Assembly (NCBI GenBank): GCA_030704615.1
Contig: CM060731.1
Coordinates: 36,766,001-36,830,000 of the forward strand
Origin: Takakia lepidozioides
Lineage: Eukaryota; Plantae; Bryophyta
DNA: 64,000 nucleotides
Direction: 5' to 3'
Shown: positions 10,282 through 20,466 of the stretch, one piece after another
Layout of the letters: each line of letters begins with the position of its first letter
Numbering within the stretch: the first letter of the stretch is position 1
Program-made: the position numbers and the translations under genes
Notes under the pieces: model-generated
Database searches by the model: none
What the model was told of the DNA's origin: nothing
What the model saw: only the letters and a program-made list of their open reading frames with translations

Positions 10282-13200
10282 ATGAGCAGAGAATATGGCG
10301 GAGGAAGCTCAGATAACGACTATGCATATTATGTTATTCTTTCCAGATATGCAGCCGTCCATTTTAATTACTTTTCTTGTGGGCCCAGTGGTCAGAGTAT
10401 CCCTAGGTGCAGTGTCGGCAGCTGTGAAACCGTTAACCAGAACCTCATCAATAAACCCAAAAACAAAGCCGACTTCCTGGAAGCATGCCACAGGATCTGA
10501 GAATGGGATTGCAGATTAAGTAAATGTATCTATATACTACAATCAATGATCATGCGCACCTGGAAAGTTCCAAATGTGAAACGAATGTGGGGTTTGGCTT
10601 AACAAGGATGACCGTGTATGATATTCCAAGATTTGTCATCAAACTCTCGTTCATTTACATTTATTTGTGTAAGACTGCGCCAAAATTTCTGGGATTCGCT
10701 GTTATTTTTAAATATTGAAACCGTTCTAATAAAGAACACGTCGTTTTTTTTGGCCGACACACGTCAGACATCCATAACTGAATACGAACAGCTGTACACC
10801 AATTGCAGGTATGTGCACTAATAAGGGAACGACTATGTGTAACGGTCACACGAGAGGGAATCCGATGCTTCCGAATGTTTTCTTCTCTTCAAGTATGTGA
10901 TGAGTATCTTATTTGCAATTCTGACAAATAAACTATTTGCAGCTCGAAAAGCGCGCCGTCATTGTGCTGGATCAGACTTTGAAGGACCTGAACATTTCGA
11001 TTGTTTCCGCCCCCCAAATGTCATTGGAGGCATACATAAGGAAGTGGAGAGGTCTCACCTGGAGATACTGTTTTTTCCGGGAGTTCTCCAAAGATGGTAA
11101 CATTTTACGGTCCAACGACTTTGACAGTCAGGTTGGAGGAGAGTGGGCCATGATGCGAGTTGTGTACAGGTGCAATGTCATACTTGAAACTCTACTGTTT
11201 TTTTTGGGAAAAAATGTGGCTTCATATGGATTGCAATCTTAGATCCAGATTGAATGTCGTTGACGACATTCACTTCTTTGTCTGAGTCATTCTTAAGCGA
11301 GTATATGAATTCACCTGGTTAGGATCTAAGGGTGCAATTATAGTGTCCCTGATTAGAATTGATAATGTCCCTGAATGGCGTTGACGACATTCACATACGG
11401 AGTTGTTGAGAGGTCCTCAGAGTTATGTAAATTTTTGTAATGTCCATAGAGGTTACATTGAGGGTTCCTCACTTCATTTTGCTGAATGTCAATGCAGACA
11501 TTCAGTTGTTCTGCATTGTTTTTGCCTCTTGCGAGGAATCTGGAGGCTTGATCTGTTATGAGAAATCCAAAGTGAATGTCGTTGACGACATTCACTGCTG
11601 TGTCTGTATTATTCAACAGCGACAAATTGAATTTACATGGATTGGGAGCTAAGTAATTGGTTTCTTTTTGGTATTTTTGTGAATGACGTTGACGCCATTC
11701 ACATACAGTGATGTTGTGAGGTCCTCGGTGATATGTTTGTTATGAATGTGCATTGACTTTTCCTGGAGGGTTCCTTACTCGATTTTTTGATTTCCATCCT
11801 GTGATTTTGCTTCATTTAAGTAATAATTAGGCTTCATTAGTTAATGTCGTTGACGACATTCACTTCTATGTCTGTGTCATTCCTAAACGATAATTTGCAT
11901 TCACCTGGATTACGGTGTATTTACAGTATCATTGAATGGAATGTTTTGAATGGCGTTGACGACATTCATATCTGGAGCAGTAGTGTGATCCTGAAAGGTC
12001 CTTAGAGCAGTTCTCAGAGCCATTTCAATCTATGTTTTTTTCATTCTGTTCTACTTGCATCTTACTCACTGAGCGCTTTTGTGGGTTGGGATTTATCTCC
12101 TTTTTTCAGGTACACGAAATATGTGCTTATGGAAGGAAATCACCTGAGCGGAATTCCCGACTATCTTGACATGTGGTCGGACCCCACAAACAATCCAACC
12201 ATGTATACTGCAGGGATATTGAAGGACTGGAGTCCTTCTCACTTCAGAGATTGCGGGTGGTACCTTGACTGCCCACCTGAGCACACGACCTTTCAAGAAC
12301 AGCATATGAAATACTTGAACAATAACGCTGAGATGCTGGCGCCTTTGACTGACGAAGAGTATCAACGAAACATAGCAACATTGGCTGCCAAGGAGCCTGA
12401 TGCTCAGGGAACGCCGCAGAAGGGAAAGAAGGCGGGCCGCAAACCAAAAGACAAGGCTGTTGATGTCATAGCCATCTCACCAGCAAAGCCAAAGGACAAA
12501 GACAAGTCCAAAGAGAAGGAAAATGACAAGGGGAAGGAGAATGAAAAGGAGATGGAGAGTGGGCAGGACTTTACTGCTGGAAGATATACCCGCACTCTTC
12601 AGTGCGTGTTCGATGCCAAGCCACACCCTTCCCGTTCTGATTCAGCAGGAGAGATGAAAATTGTTAATGAGGGTTGGCTTTCGATGATGCAGAGTCAAAA
12701 GAGAGGATACACTGGGGTGCCATCCCCTACCTGGGACAATATAATCTCATTCCTCAATCTGGTGAGAATTCCAGTTTCTTTCCTTTTCTCTGAAAGTTTC
12801 GTTGGCAGTATTTCAGTCTTGTTCTTTGAAAACAATCTTGCCATTGTTCTTATAAAAAACATGTCTGTTGCAGGTGAGCACAGGTCCCACCTTCGTGTGC
12901 GGTGTGCAGAAAACTTATGCGGCCGACATTGTCATTCTCGACATCCCGGATGGCCAGGCTGTGCCAGAAGTTCTTCCAAAGGGCAAGACGCCAGGCTGGA
13001 ACAAATTCGAGGACAACTACTGGAGTTGGGTGTTCGGGTTCTGTAACAACTTCCTCTCTGATGTAGGAACACTTCTGCTTTTTCAGTCATGTGACAATGA
13101 TAGTCGTCGGGCATTGGCATCATACCTCAAGTCTTCAGGGTTTGAAGTTTTGCGCACATGGAATTGTGTGAACAGCCTCTACCTTGTGAAAGGGGGTTTC

Positions 13201-14312
13201 CCTGGTCAGCTGGTATGCCATCTCCCTTCTGCTTGTGCTTTGATCATGAGTTTCAATTTTCTCTGCAGCTCCACTCTAGTAGAATGTGTTATGATCGACA
13301 CCGATCATCACTGATTCATGATTTTTTTGTGTCTGAGTTCTGAATAGCCGATGTACACACTTCTACTATAGATTGTGTTTACCACACTAACCTGCTATCT
13401 TTGGCAGACGAGGATGTTCGAGGCGATCTGCCTGCGGAGGATTCGTACCTCAAAGACACCATCATCCATCCGCAGCTTTGAGATTTCTGACCAGGGTTGT
13501 TTCGTCAACCCCCCCTATGAGCCCCATGTCGATGACATTTTGTACAACTTCATGCAGTCCAGTCAGACTCTGAAGAGACCAGATGGCATTCCCTGGAGAG
13601 GTGCAAAGGAAAAGTCCCCAGCGTTCATGCAAATACTGCTGGAGTCATGCAGCCACCGCTCTGCACGGGTGGTCGATCTTTCTGTGTCCATAGGTTCGTT
13701 TTTTCCCTTCCGAATTGGTTTTCTTTCAACAGTTTCATCTGCTTAAATCCCCCCCTCCAAACTGTTCATGTTCTCCTGTCTGGTGCAGGAGCAACTTACC
13801 ATGCATGCAAGGCAGGCGGAAGAAGCCTTTTTGGCATGGAGGGTGATTCTGACCTCTACAACACAGTGCTCCTCCCCCTTTTGTCTGGCTCCACTTCAGG
13901 CACACAGACTGATCGGATTCAAATTCGAAATGATGACGATCCCGAAGATAAGCAGGTCGACAACGACTTTTCATGTGAGTAAGTGCTAAACCCTCTTTGG
14001 GAGTCATACTCAATTTCTCGATAACATCAAAGTTGCAGTAATGACTTTTTCAGGATGTCTTTCAGGAAAGGCAGCAGTGGATCTTCAGGAGATACAGTCA
14101 TTTCTGGCGAGTCTGTTTTCGACAGCCCCCTTTCCAATTTTCTGCTTCCTGTTTATGCCGAAGCAATGACACTTCACGCGGCCGAGTCTCTATCCCCTGA
14201 CTTTTTAGTGGCCAGCCCTAGGTGTATCCAGCGTGGATCCGGTGTTCTAAAATACTTAGACTTAGATGCAGAGGAAGCGGGGATACATTGTACTGACTCT
14301 GAGTCAGACTGA
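10282..14312 (+). CDS. MULE cargo gene, multi-exon; C-terminal degenerate beta-class N6A/N4C DNA methyltransferase-like fold
   Basis: Exons ~10942-11169, 12110-12761, 12874-13212, 13408-13693, 13789-~13979, 14054-14312 with GT-AG borders. ADIVILDIPD sits at the motif IV position. WRGAKEKSPAFMQILLESCSHRSARVVDLSVSI|GATYHACKAGGRSLFGMEGD parallels KP..L...LI...S..GD.VLDPF.GSGTT..AA...GR.FIG.E. 5' exons uncertain. Confidence 0.7.
11251..11968. repeat. Intronic array of seven 22-bp palindromes TGAATGTCGT-TG-ACGACATTCA in ~300-bp higher-order tandem units
   Basis: Copies start at 11251, 11372, 11483 (degenerate), 11573, 11680, 11841 and 11947. Confidence 0.9.
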
Positions 14313-14429
14313 ACTGTATTCTTTTAATATTCATTTTCATGTTATCTGGAAAACGTTGAATCCCCTTCATCCACCGTAGTTGTTCCTTTAGAACAAATAA
14401 TAATCACAGAATCAACTTTCATTCAAATT

Positions 14430-14800
14430 GCAATATGTATGAATCCATCTCACAAACCTCCCTGACTCTTCTCATATCCATTGTGCATTCATCTACATTG
14501 TATTCATGCGTGCTCCATTCATGAATTTTTTCCTTTGTACAACATCCATTGTACATTCATCCTCTGTACTCTTTAATCCATCCCACAAACCTTCCATACT
14601 CATTTCATATACGTTGTGCATTCGTCAAAATATTTGGTCATGCATCTTCCTGTCATGAATTTTTGTCATTACTCAACATCCATTATACATTCATCCATTT
14701 TACTCTTATCCATCCCTCATTCATCCATCTACATTCATTTTTGACACTCATCCATCTATTTATCATCCAACTGTACATTCATCCATCCTTTATTCAATGC
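14430..14800 (+). repeat. CATC/TCCAT-rich low-complexity region in the MULE 3' part
   Basis: Many cattcatcc / tcatccat motifs. Confidence 0.6.
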
Positions 14801-14879
14801 CTTTTATTATGTCGTCCAGCTTGTTTCCGCGGTAAAGGGTGCTAATCCGCGGGAATACACTCCACTTCTTTCTGGGCGC

Positions 14880-15010
14880 GTGGTGACGCGGCCTTCACGT
14901 GTGATGACGTGGAGTGAGCCCCGTGACGTGGCATTTGCGCAAGGTGACATGGCGTGAGCGCAGTTGCGCTCACGCGCTCACGTGACCAGGCTCATGCCGA
15001 GGCATCCCTG
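14880..15010 (-). repeat. Right TIR/subterminal region of the MULE
   Basis: gtgacgtggc, ggcgtgagcgcagttgcgctcacgcgctcacg...gctcatgccgaggcatccctg; the reverse complement matches the left end. Confidence 0.8.
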
Positions 15011-15019
15011 ACGGTTTAT

Positions 15020-16588
15020 TATCGACGATATAATGGAAGTCTTAGGGTGGCCTCGGAGGAGCAAACAGAACCCGGAACCGTATACCAAACAGGAGTGGCG
15101 TGATGTTAAAAAAAAAATACAACTTCAACAAAGCTGAGTTTAAAACATTTCGAGATAGGCTCGGGAACGACTACATTGTTAGCAAACAGAAGATGAATAT
15201 GGAGACGCAACCAATGACTGCTGCCTTCAAGAAGTATGTCTTGTCGTGCAAGCAGACCTTCGAGGATAACCAGAATGCCCTGGCGATTCTATGCACGAGC
15301 TTTAGGTCCCATTACACACAGCTGGGGGGAAACCAGAAATTTGCTGATGCCAGATCACGGTTGGGACTTGCACCAAAGAATCGGTTCGACGATATATCCA
15401 TGGTGTTCGTCAATACAGTTTGTGATGATGACTCTGTTGTCTTCGAAGCAAAAGAATACTCAAATATCCTGGATGCTTTTGTGGCTCGGAAGCTCATGTC
15501 CAATGCTTTTGTGTTTTTCTCGACACAAGAATCATCGGGAAATCTTGTGTCATACATCTGGAATGGCCCTGGATCAAAATCGTTTATTATCCAACAGGGT
15601 TATTACATTCCCGGCGAGTTTGAATCACCTTACAAGAGGTTGCACGACTATTTTCTCCCGGACGGTCCTCTGCCTCAACTACGTATTTCCGGCAACAATT
15701 GAGGAGATGGTGAATCCGGACGACCACATTCAAACTGTTTTGTTATCGCCGGACCTAATTAATCCTGTTATCCAAGGACCAGATGTAGACCCGACCTCGC
15801 AGGAGAATGAGTACAGGACTTACAATCATGAGTTGAGGCCGGACACCTACGATTACTTGGTTTTTTTTTTTGCAGGGACGAAATGTCTTGTGTGAACATT
15901 TTCAGAGGACTGGCAATGACATACGTTATGCTTGTAAGTGGATTCTGCATCTTGGAATTGTCTGTGTTTTCAGTTTTCCCGGATTTAACTCTCGTATTAT
16001 TGACGTTGTCGGAATAACGTGTTTAACCTGTGTCTTATTGTTTCAATTTTGTTAACCTCCACTGGGCAGTGGAGGTTGTTTTGCAGTTTGGTGTGTTTGG
16101 TAGTTGTCTCAAAAGAAAGCCTAACCCTTTCAATCTTTCGATGGTTGGTGTTCGTCGGGTTTATTTTCATATCATTGTTGGTTTCATTGCATGAAAGAAA
16201 TATTCGTGTGCTCAACATAAACTTTGTAACGAAAAAGAAATTTTGTAGAAGCAAGGTGGAGGCCTATTTCAGGACCCTCCAGATTGACAATCAGACTATC
16301 GGAGGAGACGGAGATGACGGAGACTCACTGCAGGATGACGAAGTGGACGAAGAAGATGATGACGAAGGACACGACAAGGATCAGGACAAAGAAATGGAGG
16401 AGAAACTAGAAGAGGATGACGAGGAGGAGAAAGACGAAGATGAGAACATGGAAATCGTCAACGGAGACCAGGGGCAGATGCGGCTAACGTGGGAAAGGGA
16501 AAGAGAGGGCCAGGAAATTTCCAAATACCCAAGAACGCGTTGCGCCACAAGATGTACACAATCTGGACAGCTTTTCCTCCAGTTCTGA
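15020..16588 (+). pseudogene. 3' part of the ParB-like gene: degenerate MTase-like segment and acidic tail
   Basis: Continues the 5701 frame once the MULE is removed. Frameshifts at A10 (15108-15117) and T11 (15861-15871), plus one near 15640-15700. Corrected read HELRPDTYDYLVFFFCRDEMSCVNIFRGLAMTYVML, then a GT donor at 15934. Asp/Glu-rich exon about 16249-16588. Confidence 0.55.
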
Positions 16589-16982
16589 TAACACCACGAA
16601 TAAGAGTCCGGCTTCTCTAGGGGGACAAGAAGCGACATCGAGCCCATTAGCAATCGTCATGAGCTGGTGTCCCAGAATGTCACCCAGGAAGTGGTTCTGG
16701 ATATAGGTAACGAATGACAATTAGTGAATGTTTATTCGTACACACTTCTGAATACAATATGACAATATTGTAATTATACATACTTGTGAGTGGAATAATC
16801 CGAATGTTTTTTCCATATGACAATATTGTAATTATATATCCCAATGTTTCTCCCATATCCGTCTTTCTGGACTTCCGAATAAAACATATTTCCACCCGGA
16901 CACATATTCCATTCGCACACCTTTGTGGACAGCCACTAACCGATTTGGATTACTTTTCTTGTAGATCCAAGAATCCCAATCG

Positions 16983-17592
16983 ATGAAAATGACGCACACA
17001 AGAAAAGGCTCAAAGGAGACTCAAACGTTGAAGAGACACGTGGATCTGACAGTGAGGGCCAGGTCACCTGAGCCGGTTCCGCAAGTAACCTCCACTGTCC
17101 AGTCGACGTTGCCATCTGCAGGGAATGAGTCGGAGAATCCTCCTACTCGCGGGGAGGGAGAAGAAACAGAGCACCACAAACGCGTAATCCAACAACAGAT
17201 CCCGATTCGGGTAAAACATTCGCTTTATTCTTATTACTCTTATTAATGGTCTTTGAGTCTCAGCTTCGGTATTGCTCAATTCGGTAATTTTGTCAGATCA
17301 TTTTGGACCACCATAGTCGTCATCCGTGGGATTTTTCATTAATTTCCTGTAGATTCGTGAGACGACGTCTGAGGAGATCAAACACACGAGGACCGACTCC
17401 ATCGACACTGAGACGGTGAAGAGAAGAGTGGATCGAACAATTACTGTCGCTCTATCTGAGCCGGTCATACAAGTTACCTCCACTGGACAGTCGAGGTTGC
17501 CATCTGGCTCCACAGAGAAGCACGATAACGTTGGACGTAGAGATGGGAAAGAGGAGGAGCAGCCTGCCCAGGGGTCTCAGCGGCCGACTTAA
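16983..17592 (+). other. Two related exon-like segments of the outer element (internal duplication), each containing the 24-bp palindrome
   Basis: ctgagccggttccgcaagtaacctccactgtccagtcgacgttgccatctg (~17068) vs ctgagccggtcatacaagttacctccactggacagtcgaggttgccatctg (~17456). Confidence 0.6.
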
Positions 17593-17763
17593 AAAATGGT
17601 AATGATTTCAACTCCATTCTTCCGTTTGTTATTAATAATGAACTCTTCTGTTATTCCACATGACAACATGCATTACCCTCCAGTCGACCATTCCCTTTCT
17701 GTCAATCCAAACGATCTGCATTCCCTTCCTTGGGGACCGAACGGATGCTGGCCAAGATACTAA

Positions 17764-18471
17764 GTCCAAGTTCTGGACATTGGTTACCTTTGTGAGGTTT
17801 TCCTAAAGGATGGAAAGAAAACACCTCCTGCCACCCAGCCTTGTATCTCCGCAGGGAAATTCAAGTTAGTTACGCGAAACGGTCTTGACGAATTCGTTAA
17901 GTGGGCCGTCAAAAAGTTTGCCGTTTGTTTCTGGAACACTGGACCTGAAATGAACGTCGAGGCTATCGCCAAGGCCGTGTTTGGGAAGTACTATTCCCAG
18001 GTCAGAACTTACAGCAGTTAGAATTCCGTCATGCATAGATCGACATTCAACGAAAAATGGCCCAAAGCTTCCAAAAATCCCATCTACTTTAAACGTCTTG
18101 ACGACATTTTCGCTGAGGAAGACTCGACGGCTTACAAATCCAATACTCTCCTCATCGACACTGTAGAGAATATGTACAAGTCCTACTTGAACCCGTTAGG
18201 ACATACCATCTTCCTTCCAAAATATAAGGCGCGCGTGGACCCTGACAAGGATAAATTTCTACTGGAAGAGCTCAAGCCTCACCTTAACATGTTCCGGTTA
18301 TCGGGGATGGATGTCATGCCGTTCAACGACCTACATCCTTTCGGCGTTTCGAAGGATTTCTTCGAGGACGACCTAACGGTCAAATTTCTTAGAGACTTTG
18401 ATTATAGGTGGCAGAAGTTTCTTAGCAATCTCGAGTTGCGTGCTGCTGCATTGGGACATAAATTATTTTAA
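17764..18471 (+). pseudogene. FCP1/NIF-family HAD phosphatase-like ORF, copy 1
   Basis: VLDIGYLCE...TRNGLDEFVKWAVKKFAVCFWNTG...IYFKRLDDIF...SNTLLIDT...LNP. In-frame TAG near 18018. Lacks the canonical DxDxT motif. Confidence 0.7.
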
Positions 18472-18575
18472 CTGAGTTTGGTGAACCTCGGCTGTCCAGT
18501 GGACGTTCTTGTTCATTTTCCTGGTGTCGGTTTTTCCAATGCATTATACTGTTCATTTTATCATCCTAAGTATGA

Positions 18576-19259
18576 ATGACTCTCTGGCAGATTAGAGCAC
18601 CTGTTTCTCCTCCTGCGCAAGGGTTGTGTTTGATTATTTTTGACGTGAATGGAGTCTTGTGCAAAATCTTGAAGCACCAAAAGAGCTACAATATCCCCCG
18701 GTTTTCAGAATCGGACTACAGAATTCCAACTCTTGTCGGATTCCGACTTGTCATTAGACGGGAGAAATATCGCGAAGTGTGGACAGAGTTGCACAAACAC
18801 TACCGGTTAGGGATTTGGAACTCTATGATGTACAAGAACTTGCAGCCCATCCTGGATTTTTTGCTTCGTGGTCTACCTCAACCGACCTTCGTTATGTCTC
18901 AAGAGGATTGTATTTCATGCCCTACTTCGGTTCACCCTCAATTCAAATCAGGATTGGACCCTCCTCATTTGTTTTTGAAGCCACTGGTCAAGGTCTGGAA
19001 GTGATTTGGTGGGCAATACACCAAGAGTAACACTCTGCTCATTGACGACACCGCCATGAAGTGTGTATTGAACCCGCCCGACTCATGTCTTGTTCTCAAA
19101 CCGTTCCAGACCGTTGAGACTGATGGTTGCTATCTTCTCAAGGTTCTTCAGACCTATTTGCTTGGAATGAGGAAACATCCCACCGTTTCAAGCTATCTTA
19201 GGAAAAAAAAAGATAGGGTTGAGTCTTTTTCCCAATGTTTCAAACGATCCCAAGTTTAG
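18576..19259 (+). pseudogene. FCP1/NIF-family HAD phosphatase-like ORF, copy 2
   Basis: LIIFDVNGVLC...YRLGIWNSMMYKNL...FVMSQEDC...LFLKPLVKVWK*FGGQYTKSNTLLIDDTAMKCVLNPP. In-frame TGA at 19002-19004. Confidence 0.8.
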
Positions 19260-20466
19260 CCCACTCTGGGATTTTATTGAGGACAACGGTTTTAAGAGTT
19301 TCAGATATGATGCTTCAAAATAAATTATTTTTGATCAATCCGATCTCACTCGAGTAGCTCATGAAGATCTTCATGGTTTCTCTTTTTCATTTCCTTTTAA
19401 TCACACACGTGAAAGATATGGTACTCTCATTTTGACTCATTTTCAGTTGAATTCTTGAAGCATAGGCAATCCCAAGACTCTGATACAGGCCTTCATACGG
19501 GGACATGACTATATCTAGTGACCTCCACTGTTCAGTGGAGGTTTGCATTCGTGCATTCCCGGATTTATGATTATGTCTCTTTGGCAGGATCAAGGAGATG
19601 CTGATAACATCATCAGTTCCTCAAGTCCCCTAAAGGAACCCTCCGGATCAGCTGTGAGTCGGAGTATTGAAGACTTTCCGAGGGTTCACGATGGTGCTCA
19701 AATTGAGGATGGATCCTCTGTCAGACCCTTGTCCTCTCGGGAAGCGGGCGACACTCTTCTCCTCTCGGGTCCTCCTGGGGATAAAGTCCAAGGTGCAGGT
19801 GAAGAACACAAATATCCCGGAGACTTTATCGACTTTTCCCAACTCCTCCCTGTTTAGTACGCACGGTCTGGTCTATCCAACCGTCGGGGACTCGGCTACG
19901 GCTCCGCTGCACCTGCTTCCGTCTTTTCCTCGCATATCTCCCCAGCACGAGGGTTGGACAGCCCAAATCCGCAGGAGTCAGGTGACTTAAACTCATTTCT
20001 CGCTCCTTGCTCATTCTCCTAGTTTCACTTAGTTTGGGGTCTGATATTCATCTGTCGCTCCAGGTAAGAAAATCTGCAAATTATGACATTCTTGTCAAAC
20101 GACGTCTGCATTGGAATGCAGTTCCGAGGTAAATTATTCCTTCGTTGCGTTTTCATTCCATCCAGGATGTCGAGTGCTCAAGAAACAATTTTCTGTGCTT
20201 GCCAGAAAACTGCCTGTCATTTGGGTTTACCCTGGAGAGAGTTTGACTAACTTCACAATGCATCTGCAGGGCTTACGAGTACAAGTCCAAGTTCCTTTCA
20301 AGAACAGGGTAGGGTCACTCAGTACCCAGGAATGAGAGAAAGACTAACTGACCGACTCATGCCACAAGTGAATGCAATGTCATCCCCTGCTGTTGATACA
20401 CAACAACTTACATTTGGCTGAGTTGCGAAGACGAATCGCACGGGCACATGAGGCCCACAATGAGCA

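Larger units (their letters stand above)
6045..15010. mobile_element. Mutator-like (MULE) DNA transposon, 8,966 bp, nested in the ParB-like gene
   Basis: 9-bp direct repeat ACGGTTTAT at 6036-6044 and 15011-15019. Imperfect TIRs: CAACGACGCAATGGCGTGAGC vs reverse complement CAGGGATGCCTCGGCATGAGC. Internal MULE transposase. Removing the element restores the host frame (KLRRFI|IDDIMEVLGWP). Confidence 0.92.
1310..19543. repeat. Dispersed 24-bp palindrome family AACCTCCACTG-NN-CAGTGGAGGTT (9 copies)
   Basis: Copies start at 1310, 2672, 3587, 4712, 16054, 17087, 17475, 18484 and 19520. No full copy seen inside 6045-15010 or after 19.6 kb. Confidence 0.9.
1..20466 (+). mobile_element. Large decayed cargo-rich DNA transposon (outer element; left end outside window, right end not resolved)
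   Basis: Transposase at 1-967 followed by co-oriented non-host ORFs. A shared 24-bp palindrome recurs from 1310 to 19543. In-frame stops occur throughout. Sequence switches abruptly to a host BBE-like fragment at about 20467. No terminal repeat identified. Confidence 0.6.

Noticed and set aside
6946-10316. Long + strand ORFs (e.g. 7422-8162, 8989-9489, 9493-9987)
   Set aside because: These are antisense shadows of the MULE transposase with no recognisable motifs.
11251-11968. CRISPR array interpretation of the regularly spaced palindromes
   Set aside because: Spacers are long, variable and homologous to each other (A/B units), the array is in a eukaryotic intron, and no cas genes are present.
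13507-13518. NPPY as proof of an active N6-adenine methyltransferase
   Set aside because: It lies between the motif-IV-like and motif-I-like blocks rather than at the expected catalytic position, and the SAM-binding motif is degenerate. It may be coincidental without a structural model.
1-20466. Bacterial contamination or prophage (because of ParB/MTase-like genes)
   Set aside because: The genes have GT-AG introns and eukaryotic transposases and are contiguous with plant genes.
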